Program-made: the position numbers and the translations under genes
Shown here: positions 38,669 through 48,900 of the stretch, piece by piece
How the letters are laid out: every line of letters starts with the position of its first letter
How positions within the stretch are numbered: the stretch's first letter is position 1
The notes under the pieces: generated by a model
What the model saw: the letters and a program-made list of their open reading frames with translations, nothing else
The model's database searches: none
Told to the model about the DNA's origin: nothing
Origin: a bacterium
Lineage (GTDB): Bacteria > Patescibacteriota > Andersenbacteria > UBA10190
Assembly (NCBI GenBank): GCA_027624555.1
Contig: JAQBWN010000003.1
Location: forward strand, 1 to 50,163
Reading direction: 5' to 3'
DNA length: 50,163 nt

Positions 38669-39811
38669 CTCCCCTACCAAATCTTTCTCCAAATCCTGCC
38701 CAGGAAGTTCGTATTTTCCAAGAAGCCTGCCTGTAAGCTGATCCAGCTCATCTTCACTGGCTGCTCGAAACACTACCTCAAATACATGCCGGTCTACTTC
38801 ATATCGAACAGAAGAGTGAAATCCGTATTTATCTTCAAGCGCCGGGCCATACTTTAATGAAAGTGGATCTTTCTTCACACGGTTTACCATACGTCTTGGA
38901 TCATCAATATTCATTGCGCGCTGAATTCGACGTGCTCGTATTTCCGCCTTGCGCACAGTAAGCCCCTCTTCCACAAGATGATTGTAAAATCGAATTTGTT
39001 TATCTTCATCAGGAATCATGAGAATTGCCTTTGCATGCCCCATTGTAATTTTTCCTTCCACTAATCCGCGCTGAATTTCTTGCGGTAATTGGAGTACGCG
39101 AACAATATTTGTAACACCAACTCTACTTTTACCCATGCGCGCACCAATTTCTTCGTGGGTCAATCCAAAGTCTTTATTTAATTGATGGTATGCCAATGCT
39201 TCTTCAATTGGATTTAAATTCTCACGTTGAATATTTTCAATAAGTGCATACACAAGGCGAGATTGGTCAGACTTTACGTCGCGACGTACCACGCAAGGCA
39301 CCTTATCCCACCTCAGCCCCCTTGCGGCGCGAAGGCGTCTTTCTCCTGCAATCAACTCATAGGTTCCGTTCTCCAAGCGAGCAACTACGAGCGGTTGTAA
39401 TATTCCATTTTGCGCTATAGATTCTTGCAAGTCTTCAAGTTCTCGCGGATCAAACGAACGTCTTGGCTGAAGTGGGTTTATAGAAATGTTGTCGAGTGCA
39501 ATATGTTGTACTGAATCTTCGTGCTGATCCCACGCGTCACCTTTCATCGTTTCCATCTTGGAAACAGCTTCTTGTATAACAGGCGGAGTTGCAACTTCTT
39601 CCATTGCCATTGGAATAGGTTCTATTTCTGGTTCACTTTCAGTGACCTCTTCCTCTGTATCAACGCGAAGCATAGTCACCAAAGGCTTTTTTGGTGCAGG
39701 TAGTGAATCTGTTTCAAATTCCATAGTATCTATTTGTTCTAATACATCATCAGCAGATACTTCCGTATCTCGCCTTGATATAAGTGATGCTAGTCCTCGT
39801 CCAAGTCCCAT
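38666..39811 (-). CDS. parB: ParB/Spo0J partition protein
   Basis: MGLGRGLASLI, NPLQPRRSF, GILQPL, IAGERRLRA, LIENIQRENLNPIEEA. Confidence 0.96.
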   Translation of the reverse strand: MGLGRGLASLISRRDTEVSADDVLEQIDTMEFETDSLPAPKKPLVTMLRVDTEEEVTESEPEIEPIPMAMEEVATPPVIQEAVSKMETMKGDAWDQHEDSVQHIALDNISINPLQPRRSFDPRELEDLQESIAQNGILQPLVVARLENGTYELIAGERRLRAARGLRWDKVPCVVRRDVKSDQSRLVYALIENIQRENLNPIEEALAYHQLNKDFGLTHEEIGARMGKSRVGVTNIVRVLQLPQEIQRGLVEGKITMGHAKAILMIPDEDKQIRFYNHLVEEGLTVRKAEIRARRIQRAMNIDDPRRMVNRVKKDPLSLKYGPALEDKYGFHSSVRYEVDRHVFEVVFRAASEDELDQLTGRLLGKYELPGQDLEKDLVGE

Positions 39812-39829
39812 AGTAATAAGGTTAATGAT

Positions 39830-40594
39830 TTAAGAATAGAGATTCAATAGTTCTTCTGACAGATATTCGTACGCTCGCGCACCTGGAGACATCCTATCAT
39901 ACTCTAAAATAGTCTTTCCGGTACTGGGCGCTTCCGCTAATTCCGTATTTCGAGGGATGATACTTTCAAACACGTGCCCGGGAAATGTTTTCCGAACCTC
40001 TCGCACCACTTTTCGAGAAAGCGTAGTTCTGCGGTCAAACATCGTTAAGACTGCTCCTAATACTTGCAAACGCGGATTTAAATGCTTTCGTACCAAATCA
40101 ACAGTTGTCAGTAGCTGATGCAGCCCTTCGAGCGCATAGAACTCGCACTGCACGGGAATAAGCAACCTATCTGCAGCTGCAAGCCCGTTAATAGTGAGCA
40201 ACCCTAAACTTGGTGGGCAATCAATTAATATAAAATCATAATTATCTTTTACGGCCTTTAGTGCTCTTCGTAAACGAAACTCGCGGTACGGCTCATCCAT
40301 AAGCTCCATAGCAGCGCCAGCCAAATCAGGAGTAGACGGGATAATATTAAACCGTTCAATGTTTGTAGGCTGAATTACTTCTGCAATAGTTGCTGTACCT
40401 GCCAATAGGTCGTACAAACTCGGCACACCATCAGGAACTCGAATTCCAACGCCAGCGCTCGCATTCGCTTGTGGATCTAAATCAACAAGCAATACAGATT
40501 TTCCAGACTCAGCGAGGTAACTCCCCAGATTAACACTGGTAGTTGTCTTCCCTACTCCCCCTTTTTGATTTACGACGGCGAGTGTTTCTGACAT
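39830..40594 (-). CDS. parA: ParA/Soj ATPase (start re-assigned to MSETL)
   Basis: NQKGGVGKTT, DLDPQAN, IDCPPSLG, PVQCEFYALEG. Confidence 0.97.
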   Translation of the reverse strand: MSETLAVVNQKGGVGKTTTSVNLGSYLAESGKSVLLVDLDPQANASAGVGIRVPDGVPSLYDLLAGTATIAEVIQPTNIERFNIIPSTPDLAGAAMELMDEPYREFRLRRALKAVKDNYDFILIDCPPSLGLLTINGLAAADRLLIPVQCEFYALEGLHQLLTTVDLVRKHLNPRLQVLGAVLTMFDRRTTLSRKVVREVRKTFPGHVFESIIPRNTELAEAPSTGKTILEYDRMSPGARAYEYLSEELLNLYS

Positions 40595-40699
40595 ACAATG
40601 CTTTAAGCATATGCCCATACGCAGCGCCGTACAACCGCTAGTTATGAACAGGGCTAAAAAGTGGCTAAATTCAAAATATCCGTATAAAGTGTAAAACAT

Positions 40700-40783
40700 G
40701 CCGGAGTGGCGGAATTGGCATACGCGACGGACTCAAAATCCGTTGGTCGCAAGACCTTGAGGGTTCAAGTCCCTCCCCCGGCA
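40700..40783 (+). tRNA. tRNA-Leu(CAA), CCA not encoded
   Basis: GCCGGAG acceptor, D arm GGCGGAATTGGCATACGC, anticodon arm ACGGA-CTCAAAA-TCCGT, long variable arm GGTCGCAAGACC, T arm GAGGG-TTCAAGT-CCCTC. Confidence 0.96.
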
Positions 40784-40786
40784 CAA

Positions 40787-41149
40787 CTATCGTCGCATCA
40801 TGCGAATTTGGACTTCTGTATCCGAAATTCGTTTTTCGTGATTTTTCAATATTATAGGATGGTCCTTGGTTTCTTTTGCACGAGCATCTATTGATTTCAC
40901 AACGCTCAAAATGGCCTCTAGAATTTTTCGATGAATTGCCATTTCTTCTTCCGCATTATCAAGCCTTACCTTAACACCAACTATCTCGCCTTTAACACCA
41001 ACTATTTCGTCTTTGACGCCAACTATTTCGTCTTTAACCTCTTCTACTGCGCCCTCAACCTCGTCTATCCTCGATGACAAATGCCCTCCAAGCAATTCTA
41101 GGTCATGTTGAGTTGCTGGCTCATTGCTATTGGTTGCTTTCTTTTTCAT
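40787..41149 (-). CDS. Coiled-coil heptad-repeat hypothetical protein
   Basis: VKDEIVG/VKGEIVG tandem heptads (21-bp DNA repeats at about 40970-41040), C-terminal NHEKRISDTE. Confidence 0.8.
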   Translation of the reverse strand: MKKKATNSNEPATQHDLELLGGHLSSRIDEVEGAVEEVKDEIVGVKDEIVGVKGEIVGVKVRLDNAEEEMAIHRKILEAILSVVKSIDARAKETKDHPIILKNHEKRISDTEVQIRMMRR

Positions 41150-41172
41150 GCATCTATTATATCACAACAAAT

Positions 41173-41199
41173 AAAAAAGCTGACCCCTCTGGATCAGCT
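41173..41199 (-). terminator. Intrinsic terminator after the orphan gene
   Basis: Minus strand AGCTGATCC-AGAG-GGGTCAGCT-TTTTT. Confidence 0.75.
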
Positions 41200-41231
41200 A
41201 TAAAGTTGTTTCGAAATGTACTTCACATTAT

Positions 41232-42338
41232 TCACTCGTCGCCTGACATCCCAAGTTCATCGCGAAGCTCAGAGAGTCGTCGACTTGCACATGCCCAAAG
41301 TGCGTCATCATTAAGACGATGAACGGCTTCGACAAGATTACTCACAAGAATTTCAACTGCATCCATGTCAACAATCACCTCATCAGGATGCGTAAAGGGA
41401 TTCGGAGAATGCCTCATAGCTGGTCCGCCGGTATCCTTTCGCATCATCGTCGCATCGATCTCCCATTGAGCTATCTCATGAGAATTACCTTGAGAAGGAC
41501 GTCGAATTTTCACATTGAATTCCGAACGAACTGCCACGTCAGCAAGTTGCTGCGTGGCAAAAACCAACATCCCATCGCGAACAGCAATCTCCCAGTTGTT
41601 GCGAAATATTCGTGCATGCTCTTCGCCAAGTTGCAGCAAGCCACTAATTCTGTCGATATCCTGCTTCTCCAAAGGAAGCGTTAGTCCTAAAATGTGACTT
41701 TCTGTGCGAGGGATCATGCAAAATTTGCTGAGTCGCGCAAGTAAGTCGGGTGAGATTTGAGTTCTGCTTGGATTCTCCTTATAAAGCGCCTGCGCCATCA
41801 GAAGTTGGTCCAGATCGCGTGCTAATTCCGTTCCACTGAATAAATTTGCATCCAACTTGATCTGAATCTCTTTCCATTGCCGTGCATCGTCCAACATAAG
41901 AAAGAAATGCATTTCCGCCGATGCCCACTCGCCATGCTGGTTTTCTTCGAACATATCGATACTACTTCGAAAACCGATGCACCGCATCGAATTGCACCAG
42001 AGAACAAGGGTGTCGTCAGGTGGAGAATAAAACACCATTCGTGACGTGGAACTCCAGCGCATCTGATAAATTCCATCGTCTGGTCCAAGAACTTTTTGAA
42101 TCTCAATTTTTTTTCCGTTTAGATTGACGTCGGCCATCAACCATTCAAAACAGTCAATCAAGACTTCTGGTCCTTCCTGCTCGACGCGGAAAGTTTCTTG
42201 CTCTGCAAGCTTTTCACACAACTTGTAATCATCCTCCTCGTCCGGGAACAGCTTAAGTTGAGACAATTGTCCAACAGTAAGCGTTGGTACTTTGATCGTA
42301 CTGGCAACTTGTCGAAGAAACAGGTTTGGTGCTAGCAT
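41232..42338 (-). CDS. Orphan hypothetical protein (368 aa)
   Basis: Long ORF with AGGAG SD, own promoter and terminator; no recognised motif. Confidence 0.75.
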   Translation of the reverse strand: MLAPNLFLRQVASTIKVPTLTVGQLSQLKLFPDEEDDYKLCEKLAEQETFRVEQEGPEVLIDCFEWLMADVNLNGKKIEIQKVLGPDDGIYQMRWSSTSRMVFYSPPDDTLVLWCNSMRCIGFRSSIDMFEENQHGEWASAEMHFFLMLDDARQWKEIQIKLDANLFSGTELARDLDQLLMAQALYKENPSRTQISPDLLARLSKFCMIPRTESHILGLTLPLEKQDIDRISGLLQLGEEHARIFRNNWEIAVRDGMLVFATQQLADVAVRSEFNVKIRRPSQGNSHEIAQWEIDATMMRKDTGGPAMRHSPNPFTHPDEVIVDMDAVEILVSNLVEAVHRLNDDALWACASRRLSELRDELGMSGDE

Positions 42339-42446
42339 CTTTCACTCCTAGGTTGTAAAAAACAGGAAAAGCCACAACTACCCAATTATCCATACTTTTA
42401 TCCTCCCGTCAACTGTCAAATAACAAATCAGTGCTACGATATTTTT

Positions 42447-43268
42447 ATGACTATACCTGCATTCCAAAAGACTATTCTTGCTTGGTACGAGGAAAACGGG
42501 CGAAGTTTGCCGTGGCGAAAGACGAAAAACCCTTATCGCATTATGGTTTCGGAAATCATGCTCCAGCAAACGCAGGTTTCTCGCGTGCTCCCTAAATACA
42601 AAGAGTTTTTGCACGCATTTCCTGATATTAAAACACTGGCAAAAGCAAATGACGCAGATTTACTCGCCATATGGTCTGGGCTTGGGTATTGGAGACGGGC
42701 TAAGTTTTTAAAAGAAGCCTGTAAAGAAGTTCTGAAAAAGCATAACGGCAAATTCCCCAAAGACATTCCGACTTTACTTTCACTCCCCGGAATTGGGCCG
42801 TATACTGCGGGTGCAATTGCATGTTTCGCATTTGGAAATACAGACGCATTTATAGATACAAATATTAGGCGGGTATATTTACACTTCTTTTTTTCTGATA
42901 AAAAAGATATTTCAGATTCTGAAATACTGCCAATTGCAAAAAAAGCAGTTCTAAAAGACAAGCCTAACGATTGGCACTGGGCATTATTTGATTACGGAGC
43001 GCTTGTTTTAAAAGATAAAAAAATCAACCGCAACAGCCGTCACTACACAAAACAAAGCAAATTTACCGGGTCATTTCGGTCATACAGAGCAAAAGCGTTG
43101 CGTTTTTTACTTGCATCAGAAAATAAAGAATTAAAAAAAGAAATGCTCGAAGATTTTCTAGAAGACATTTTAAGAAAAGACGAACGTGACTTTTCTCCGC
43201 AAGAAATTTTAGATTCGCTTGAACAGGATAGGTTGATAACGATGGCAAAGGGGATTGTGAAGATCTAA
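42447..43268 (+). CDS. mutY: A/G-specific adenine glycosylase, short form without Fe-S motif
   Basis: WYEENGRSLPWR, PYRIMVSEIMLQQTQV, WSGLGYWRRA, LPGIGPYTA, DTNIRRV. Confidence 0.92.
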   Translation: MTIPAFQKTILAWYEENGRSLPWRKTKNPYRIMVSEIMLQQTQVSRVLPKYKEFLHAFPDIKTLAKANDADLLAIWSGLGYWRRAKFLKEACKEVLKKHNGKFPKDIPTLLSLPGIGPYTAGAIACFAFGNTDAFIDTNIRRVYLHFFFSDKKDISDSEILPIAKKAVLKDKPNDWHWALFDYGALVLKDKKINRNSRHYTKQSKFTGSFRSYRAKALRFLLASENKELKKEMLEDFLEDILRKDERDFSPQEILDSLEQDRLITMAKGIVKI

Positions 43269-43272
43269 ACGG

Positions 43273-43368
43273 AGCTGCATTAGCTTCGTTAGCTTCACTA
43301 GCTTCGTTAGCTTACGCGACGAATAAAAAGCTAATGCAGCTAACGAAGCTATAAGCTAATGAAGCTAG
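43273..43368. repeat. AGCT-unit repeat element, two inverted arms (copy E), mutY/MFS junction
   Basis: AGCTGCATTAGCTTCGTTAGCTTCACTAGCTTCGTTAGCTT-ACGCGACGAATAAA-AAGCTAATGCAGCTAACGAAGCTATAAGCTAATGAAGCTAG. Confidence 0.93.
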
Positions 43369-43371
43369 CAC

Positions 43372-44520
43372 CTACACCCTCGAGTAAAACAGCGACAACA
43401 CCATTCCTAAACAAAACGTTGCGATGAACGCAGCTTGCATAGGCAACAATATAAACAAAAGCATAATAAGAACTGCAGTTCCCGCCTTTGCAATAGCAAG
43501 CACAATTTCAAACGCAACCATAAACTCAAGCGATGCGGTACCCTTTGCCTGGGAATATATTTTGTACATCATCGGGAGTACAACGCCTATTTGCGAAACA
43601 CGAGCAATACTGTCCGTGAAAATAATTCTTACTGGGGTAACGGCAAATATTCTAAATATATAATCGATAGCCATAAAAGGCAGATAGGTACGAAGTACAG
43701 TTGCCCTTTTTTGATGATCTGCGCTTTTTCCAATGTAAAAACCCATAAGCGTCATCACAACAAGTGAAATGGACATATAAATTCCAAGAGAGTCTAAACT
43801 GCCAAGTACAAAAAATAAAAACAGTGGCCAAAACACTACATCAATTAAATTTTCTCCCCACCCCAGAGTTGCAATAAATGTTTTTCGATATTCAATACGA
43901 AAAAGCATCTCCCATGGGCTCTTATAAGAAAAATCAGACTTTCCATACACCTGCTTTACTGCAATTAGTGGAATACCCGAAAACAACACAAGCGCACCCG
44001 CAGACAAAAACAGCGCGGGAAACCCCCACACCGTTGCAATAAACCCGCCAATGGCGGGGCCACCGATAGTTGCCCCGTAGTGGAAAACGCCCAACCAAGA
44101 CAGTTCAGTACCCCTATTATTGGAATCTGAAAATCTGGCAAATATGGCATAGTATGCAGGCCAGTATAATATTTTATGAAGCGTAAGAAACATAATTACC
44201 CCAAGTATTGCAAGCGGAAACGAGGGAATAATTGCCAATGAAACAAAATATAAAATAAAGAATGGCAACGAAAATACTATCGACTTTTCTAGTCCATATT
44301 GTGATGCCACTTTACCGCCAACAGGTAGTAACACAACGTATAGTGCGTAATGAATTGCGTAGTACAGCGCAATGGCCCAAATAGGAAAACCGTGCTGATA
44401 TAAAAATATTGGCTCAAAAATCGTAATTAAAGAAGCAGCAAAAGAAAATATTCCAATAGAAATATATAGCTCTTTTAACTGGTGGCGAATGTGCGTTGCA
44501 AACATGTGACCAAACGGCAT
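43372..44520 (-). CDS. MFS transporter
   Basis: About 12 hydrophobic segments, GGKVASQYG loop, NRG, GPAIGG, GKSAD. Confidence 0.85.
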   Translation of the reverse strand: MPFGHMFATHIRHQLKELYISIGIFSFAASLITIFEPIFLYQHGFPIWAIALYYAIHYALYVVLLPVGGKVASQYGLEKSIVFSLPFFILYFVSLAIIPSFPLAILGVIMFLTLHKILYWPAYYAIFARFSDSNNRGTELSWLGVFHYGATIGGPAIGGFIATVWGFPALFLSAGALVLFSGIPLIAVKQVYGKSDFSYKSPWEMLFRIEYRKTFIATLGWGENLIDVVFWPLFLFFVLGSLDSLGIYMSISLVVMTLMGFYIGKSADHQKRATVLRTYLPFMAIDYIFRIFAVTPVRIIFTDSIARVSQIGVVLPMMYKIYSQAKGTASLEFMVAFEIVLAIAKAGTAVLIMLLFILLPMQAAFIATFCLGMVLSLFYSRV

Positions 44521-44555
44521 AGACAAAGTATACCAAAATTATGTATAAAGAGCCT

Positions 44556-45872
44556 ATGTCACATTCATCACCGTCATATTCATTAGCATTTATAGGCGCA
44601 GGGTACGTTGGCTTAGTATCCGGCACATGCCTCGCAGAAATTGGCCACAAGGTAATTCTTGTTGATAACAACGAAGCAAAAATTAATAAGTTAAAAGATG
44701 GGCATATCCCCATATACGAACCGGGCCTTGAGGACTTGGTAAAGAAAAACGTAGCCGCAGGCAGACTAACGTTTACAACTAGCCTTGCAAAAGCAGTAAA
44801 AGAATCAACTGTTATCTTCATCGCCGTAAATACTCCACCACAGGCAAACGGCCGGGCTGACTTATCGTATGTAGCAGGCGCAGCAAGGGAAATTGCAGAA
44901 GCAGCAGATACATATAAAGTAGTTGTAGATAAAAGCACCGTTCCTGTAAAAACTGGCGAACGAGTGCAACAAACAATTAAGCAATATAACAAGCACAATA
45001 TTGATTTCGACGTAGTAAGTAATCCAGAATTCTTACGCGAAGGTTCTGCTATTGATGATTTTATGAACCCAGACCGCATTGTTGTTGGCGTAGAAAATGA
45101 ACGCGCTGCAAAAATTATGCGAGAAATTTATGCCCCCGTGAAAGCTCCGTTCATAGAAACAAATATCAACAGCGCAGAACTCATCAAGCACGCGAGCAAT
45201 TCCTTCTTAGCGATGAAAATTTCATTTGCAAATGCTCTGGCTAAAATCTGTGAATTATCAAACGCAAACATAGACCAAGTTACCTATGGAATGGGGCTTG
45301 ATAAACGAATCGGCAAATCATTCTTAAACGCGGGTATTGGGTATGGCGGATCCTGCTTTCCAAAAGACGTATCTGCGTTTATTACAATTGCAGAAGATTT
45401 AGGGTATAAGTTCGACTTATTAAAAGAAGTAGAAATAATAAACACTGAAATGCGAGAACTCTTTATTCAAAAAATAGAGCAAGCGCTATGGGTTACAAAA
45501 GGCAAGACAATCGCCGTTTGGGGGTTGGCGTTTAAAGCAGACACAGACGATATGCGAAACGCTCCGTCTATAACCATTATTGAACGCCTTCATAAAGATG
45601 GTGCAATTATACAAGCATACGACCCAGAAGCACGCCACACAGCAAAAGAAGTACTTGGCGACAAAGTAGAATATATGTCATCAAAAGAAGCAGCTCTCAA
45701 AGGGGCAGATGCGCTTGTTATTTTAACAGAATGGGAAGAATTCAAAAACCCAAATTGGGAAGTAGTCCGCAAGTCTTTAAATAATCCAATAGTCATCGAT
45801 GGCAGAAATATGTTTGATCCGAAAGAAATGGAAAAGAGAGGCTTTGTATATCATTCAGTAGGCAGAGGCTAG
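44556..45872 (+). CDS. ugd: UDP-glucose 6-dehydrogenase
   Basis: IGAGYVGL, KSTVPV, SNPEFLREG, GYGGSCFPKD, GLAFKADTDDMR, IDGRN. Confidence 0.96.
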   Translation: MSHSSPSYSLAFIGAGYVGLVSGTCLAEIGHKVILVDNNEAKINKLKDGHIPIYEPGLEDLVKKNVAAGRLTFTTSLAKAVKESTVIFIAVNTPPQANGRADLSYVAGAAREIAEAADTYKVVVDKSTVPVKTGERVQQTIKQYNKHNIDFDVVSNPEFLREGSAIDDFMNPDRIVVGVENERAAKIMREIYAPVKAPFIETNINSAELIKHASNSFLAMKISFANALAKICELSNANIDQVTYGMGLDKRIGKSFLNAGIGYGGSCFPKDVSAFITIAEDLGYKFDLLKEVEIINTEMRELFIQKIEQALWVTKGKTIAVWGLAFKADTDDMRNAPSITIIERLHKDGAIIQAYDPEARHTAKEVLGDKVEYMSSKEAALKGADALVILTEWEEFKNPNWEVVRKSLNNPIVIDGRNMFDPKEMEKRGFVYHSVGRG

Positions 45873-45876
45873 CGCG

Positions 45877-45975
45877 TAGCTGCATTAGCTTCGTTAGCTT
45901 CACTAGCTTCTTTAGCTTAAACGACTATTCCCGCAAGCTAATGCAGCTAACGAAGCTGCAAGCTAATGAAGCTAG
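45877..45975. repeat. AGCT-unit repeat element, two inverted arms (copy F), ugd/surface-protein junction
   Basis: TAGCTGCATTAGCTTCGTTAGCTTCACTAGCTTCTTTAGCTT, spacer, AAGCTAATGCAGCTAACGAAGCTGCAAGCTAATGAAGCTAG. Confidence 0.93.
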
Positions 45976-48900
45976 CGAATCGTCGACCTATCCGCTTCTG
46001 CGCTTACTCCTACCTGATCCTCAAGTGTAACAAACTCTTTCTGAATCCAACCTTCTACGCGACTTGGCAGAAGAAGTGATATCCAGTCGCCAACTTCCTG
46101 TAACGCGCGGTATTGTTCCTGCGGTTGAACTTCCCCTATAATCTTCCCGTTCGGATGCGGCTCATCTCGCACTTGTACTGATTCGGAAGAAATAATAGTT
46201 GCCTGCTGTGGTACATACACTGAATCTTCGGCTGCGCTAGACAGGGTTGTTATGGTGTAGTACGCATCAAACACATATTCTCCATTTTGACTCATCACTT
46301 CAAAGTAGTACGTAGTATTTGGAGATAAATTATCAATTTCAACTCGGTGATGGTCTGCATACTCAAGCGATGTCTTCGCTTCCCCGGTATACGTTTGGGA
46401 AGTGCCATAATTTACTTTACTAAACCGAGTTAAATGATTTGTATCCCATTCAATAACAGCAGAAGTTGGTTGTAGTGAAGATATTCTTACGTTTGATATT
46501 TGCGTCGGTTCTTTTGCAAAGAACAATTCATATCCATGCCTCGTAAATACGGCAACCTTTCTTCCATTGCTCGCAATTGGTGCGAACACCCGCTTCAAGA
46601 ACAGGTCAATCTCTTGCCGATTCGCCAACCCCTGACGGATACGTACGTCGCTTCCTTTGTCAAAGATAGTTGCAACGTACTGCAAAGTATGTTTGATAGT
46701 CGGCATAGGGTTGTATGAGCCAAGAGACTGCAGTTGGTTTGTTACAAATGCAATGGTTTGTGCAGTGATGCTCTGCGCAGTAGCTGCGATGTTTTGGAAT
46801 ATGTTTGCGAGGTAGTTAGTTCCTGCATCTATGAATGTTCCTATGTATTGAATACTTGCAACGAGTGATCTTTCTAACACTCCACTTCCGTTAAACAACC
46901 ATGCGAGTATTGGGTCAAAGAAGTTCTGGAAGTACTCTGCTTGTAATTGTCTTCTTACTACTGCTTGTTCTTGCAATTCTACAAGGTTAAGAGGGCTTTC
47001 TGGGAGGAGGTTTCTGAGGGTGCTGATGATAGTTTCTGTGGTGTCTGTTTCTGGGTCAAGTTGTGCGGCTGCTTCTTGTGCAATTTGTTTGTCTGAGAGG
47101 ATGTCGATACTCTTGGTGCTTGTTGTTTCGTTTCCTGCAGAATCTGTAACCGTGAGAGTGTATTTGTATGTGGTTCCTTTTTCAAGTTCGTTTCTTGGGG
47201 TGAATGTGAGAGCGTACGACGTTCCGGTGAGTGTATATGTTCTTGTTTCAAGTGCGGTGTATGAGGTGATACTGCCGAAGAGTTTGTTAGCTTTGTGGAG
47301 TGTTACGGTTGCTTCTTGTAATGCTCTGGTGTCTGAAAGTGTTGCGGTTAATACAGGATTTATGATGTTAAGGTTAGATATACTTGGTCTTGTTGCATCT
47401 ATGTACAACGCTCTCTCACTGGATCTGGTTGAGTTACTTGTTGTATCTGTTGCAGTAACATACCAAACGTATGTTCCGTCGTTGAGAGGAAGACTTGCTG
47501 TGCCGTCGTCTTTAAGCGTTACACTGATAGTTTGATTCGTGGTATTAGTAGTTCCTTCGTTGAAGTACTGCGCAGTGTATCTGTCAGTGTTATGTGTGCT
47601 GCTTGCAGGGTTACTCGCTTCTGTGCTACTTGCGGGAATGTTACTGAATGTTTGATTACCTACTTTGAGGGTGTAGAAGTCTATGGTTCCGTTTTCTTCT
47701 GTACTCTTTTTGAAGGTGAATGTAGGAAGATTGTTGTTTGTAAGTGCGCCGTCTACTGGGGATACAAGGCTTGGAGAAGTTGGGCTTACATTGTTCGTGA
47801 TGACGGTTGCAGTGTTGCTTGCTGTTGATGTTCCGTCGTCGTTGTATGCGGCTACTTTTCTGGTGTAGCTGGTGTTCTTAGTAAGTCCTGTTTCGGTGTA
47901 GCTTGTAGTGTTTGCAGTTGATATTGTTGCAATCGTTGTTCCACTACTGTCTAACAGCTTAAACCCATTCTCGTCATTCGCGTTGTCTGTCCATGTCCAG
48001 GTGATGCTCGTGTTGCTTGCGGCGGTTCCTGCGAAAACACTTGGAGCTGTAGGTTCTGCGGGGGTTACTACAGTTGCGGAATTTGAATAGCTGGAGTTTC
48101 CTGCGTTGTTGTATGCGACGACTTTTCTGGTGTAGCTGGTGCCTTTCGTGAGTCCGGTTTCGGTGTAGCTTGTTGTGTTAGCTGTTGAAATAGTTGCGAT
48201 GAGGTTGTTACTTCCGTCATACAGTTTAAACCCAGTTTCATTGTTAGAGTTGTCTGTCCATGTCCAAGTAATAGAGGTGCTGGATGGGGCACTTCCGGCG
48301 AAGCTGCTTGGTGCAGTTGCTGTTGTGTCTGAGGTTGCGCTGGCGGTGTCGGTTCTAGTGTCTCCAGAGTCTTGTGCGTCGGTGTATGTGGCGGTGATGG
48401 TTGTTGAGTTTGCGCAAGTAAGAGTTCCGTTGTTGTTGGTGTCTGATCCTGTAGATATTGCAGTTGCAAGCCCTGCGTTTCTAAATACTTCTGTTGCTAC
48501 TCCTGTTTCTGTTAAGGTGATAGCTTCAGAGTCGGTAGGGCAGCTGATAACTACTCCGGAGAGAGTGTCTGCACTTGTTCCATTTAAGTTACCGTCTTGG
48601 TCTATGAGGGAGATGTATACACTCTCTGCTCCTAAAGATATTGCATCATCAATGTCGAAATTGGAGTCTGCGATGTAGAGGTTACTGCTTGTTCCTGCGA
48701 TATACCCACTTCCTTCAGTGATAACACCAAGATTTGTTAAGAAGTTACTTCCTAAGGTGATGATGTAGCTGACTAAGGAGAGAGTTCTGCCTGCGGCAAC
48801 ACTTAAGAGGTTACTGACGGTGAAGTTGGAGCCGACAGATACGGTACCACTGCTTCCGGTTACGTTTAACGTATCAAGGATGTAGTCACCAAAGTTGAAT

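Noticed and set aside
38666-40699. oriC or parS near parAB
   Set aside because: No DnaA-box cluster or parS palindrome recognised.
40706-40894. ORF MAELAYATDSKS
   Set aside because: It is a translation of the tRNA-Leu gene.
40783-42440. tRNA-integrated island or prophage
   Set aside because: No integrase and no duplicated tRNA 3' end was seen.
30809-45975. AGCT repeats as a CRISPR array
   Set aside because: The units are ~9-nt tandem repeats in inverted arms scattered over kilobases; there is no repeat-spacer array and no cas gene.
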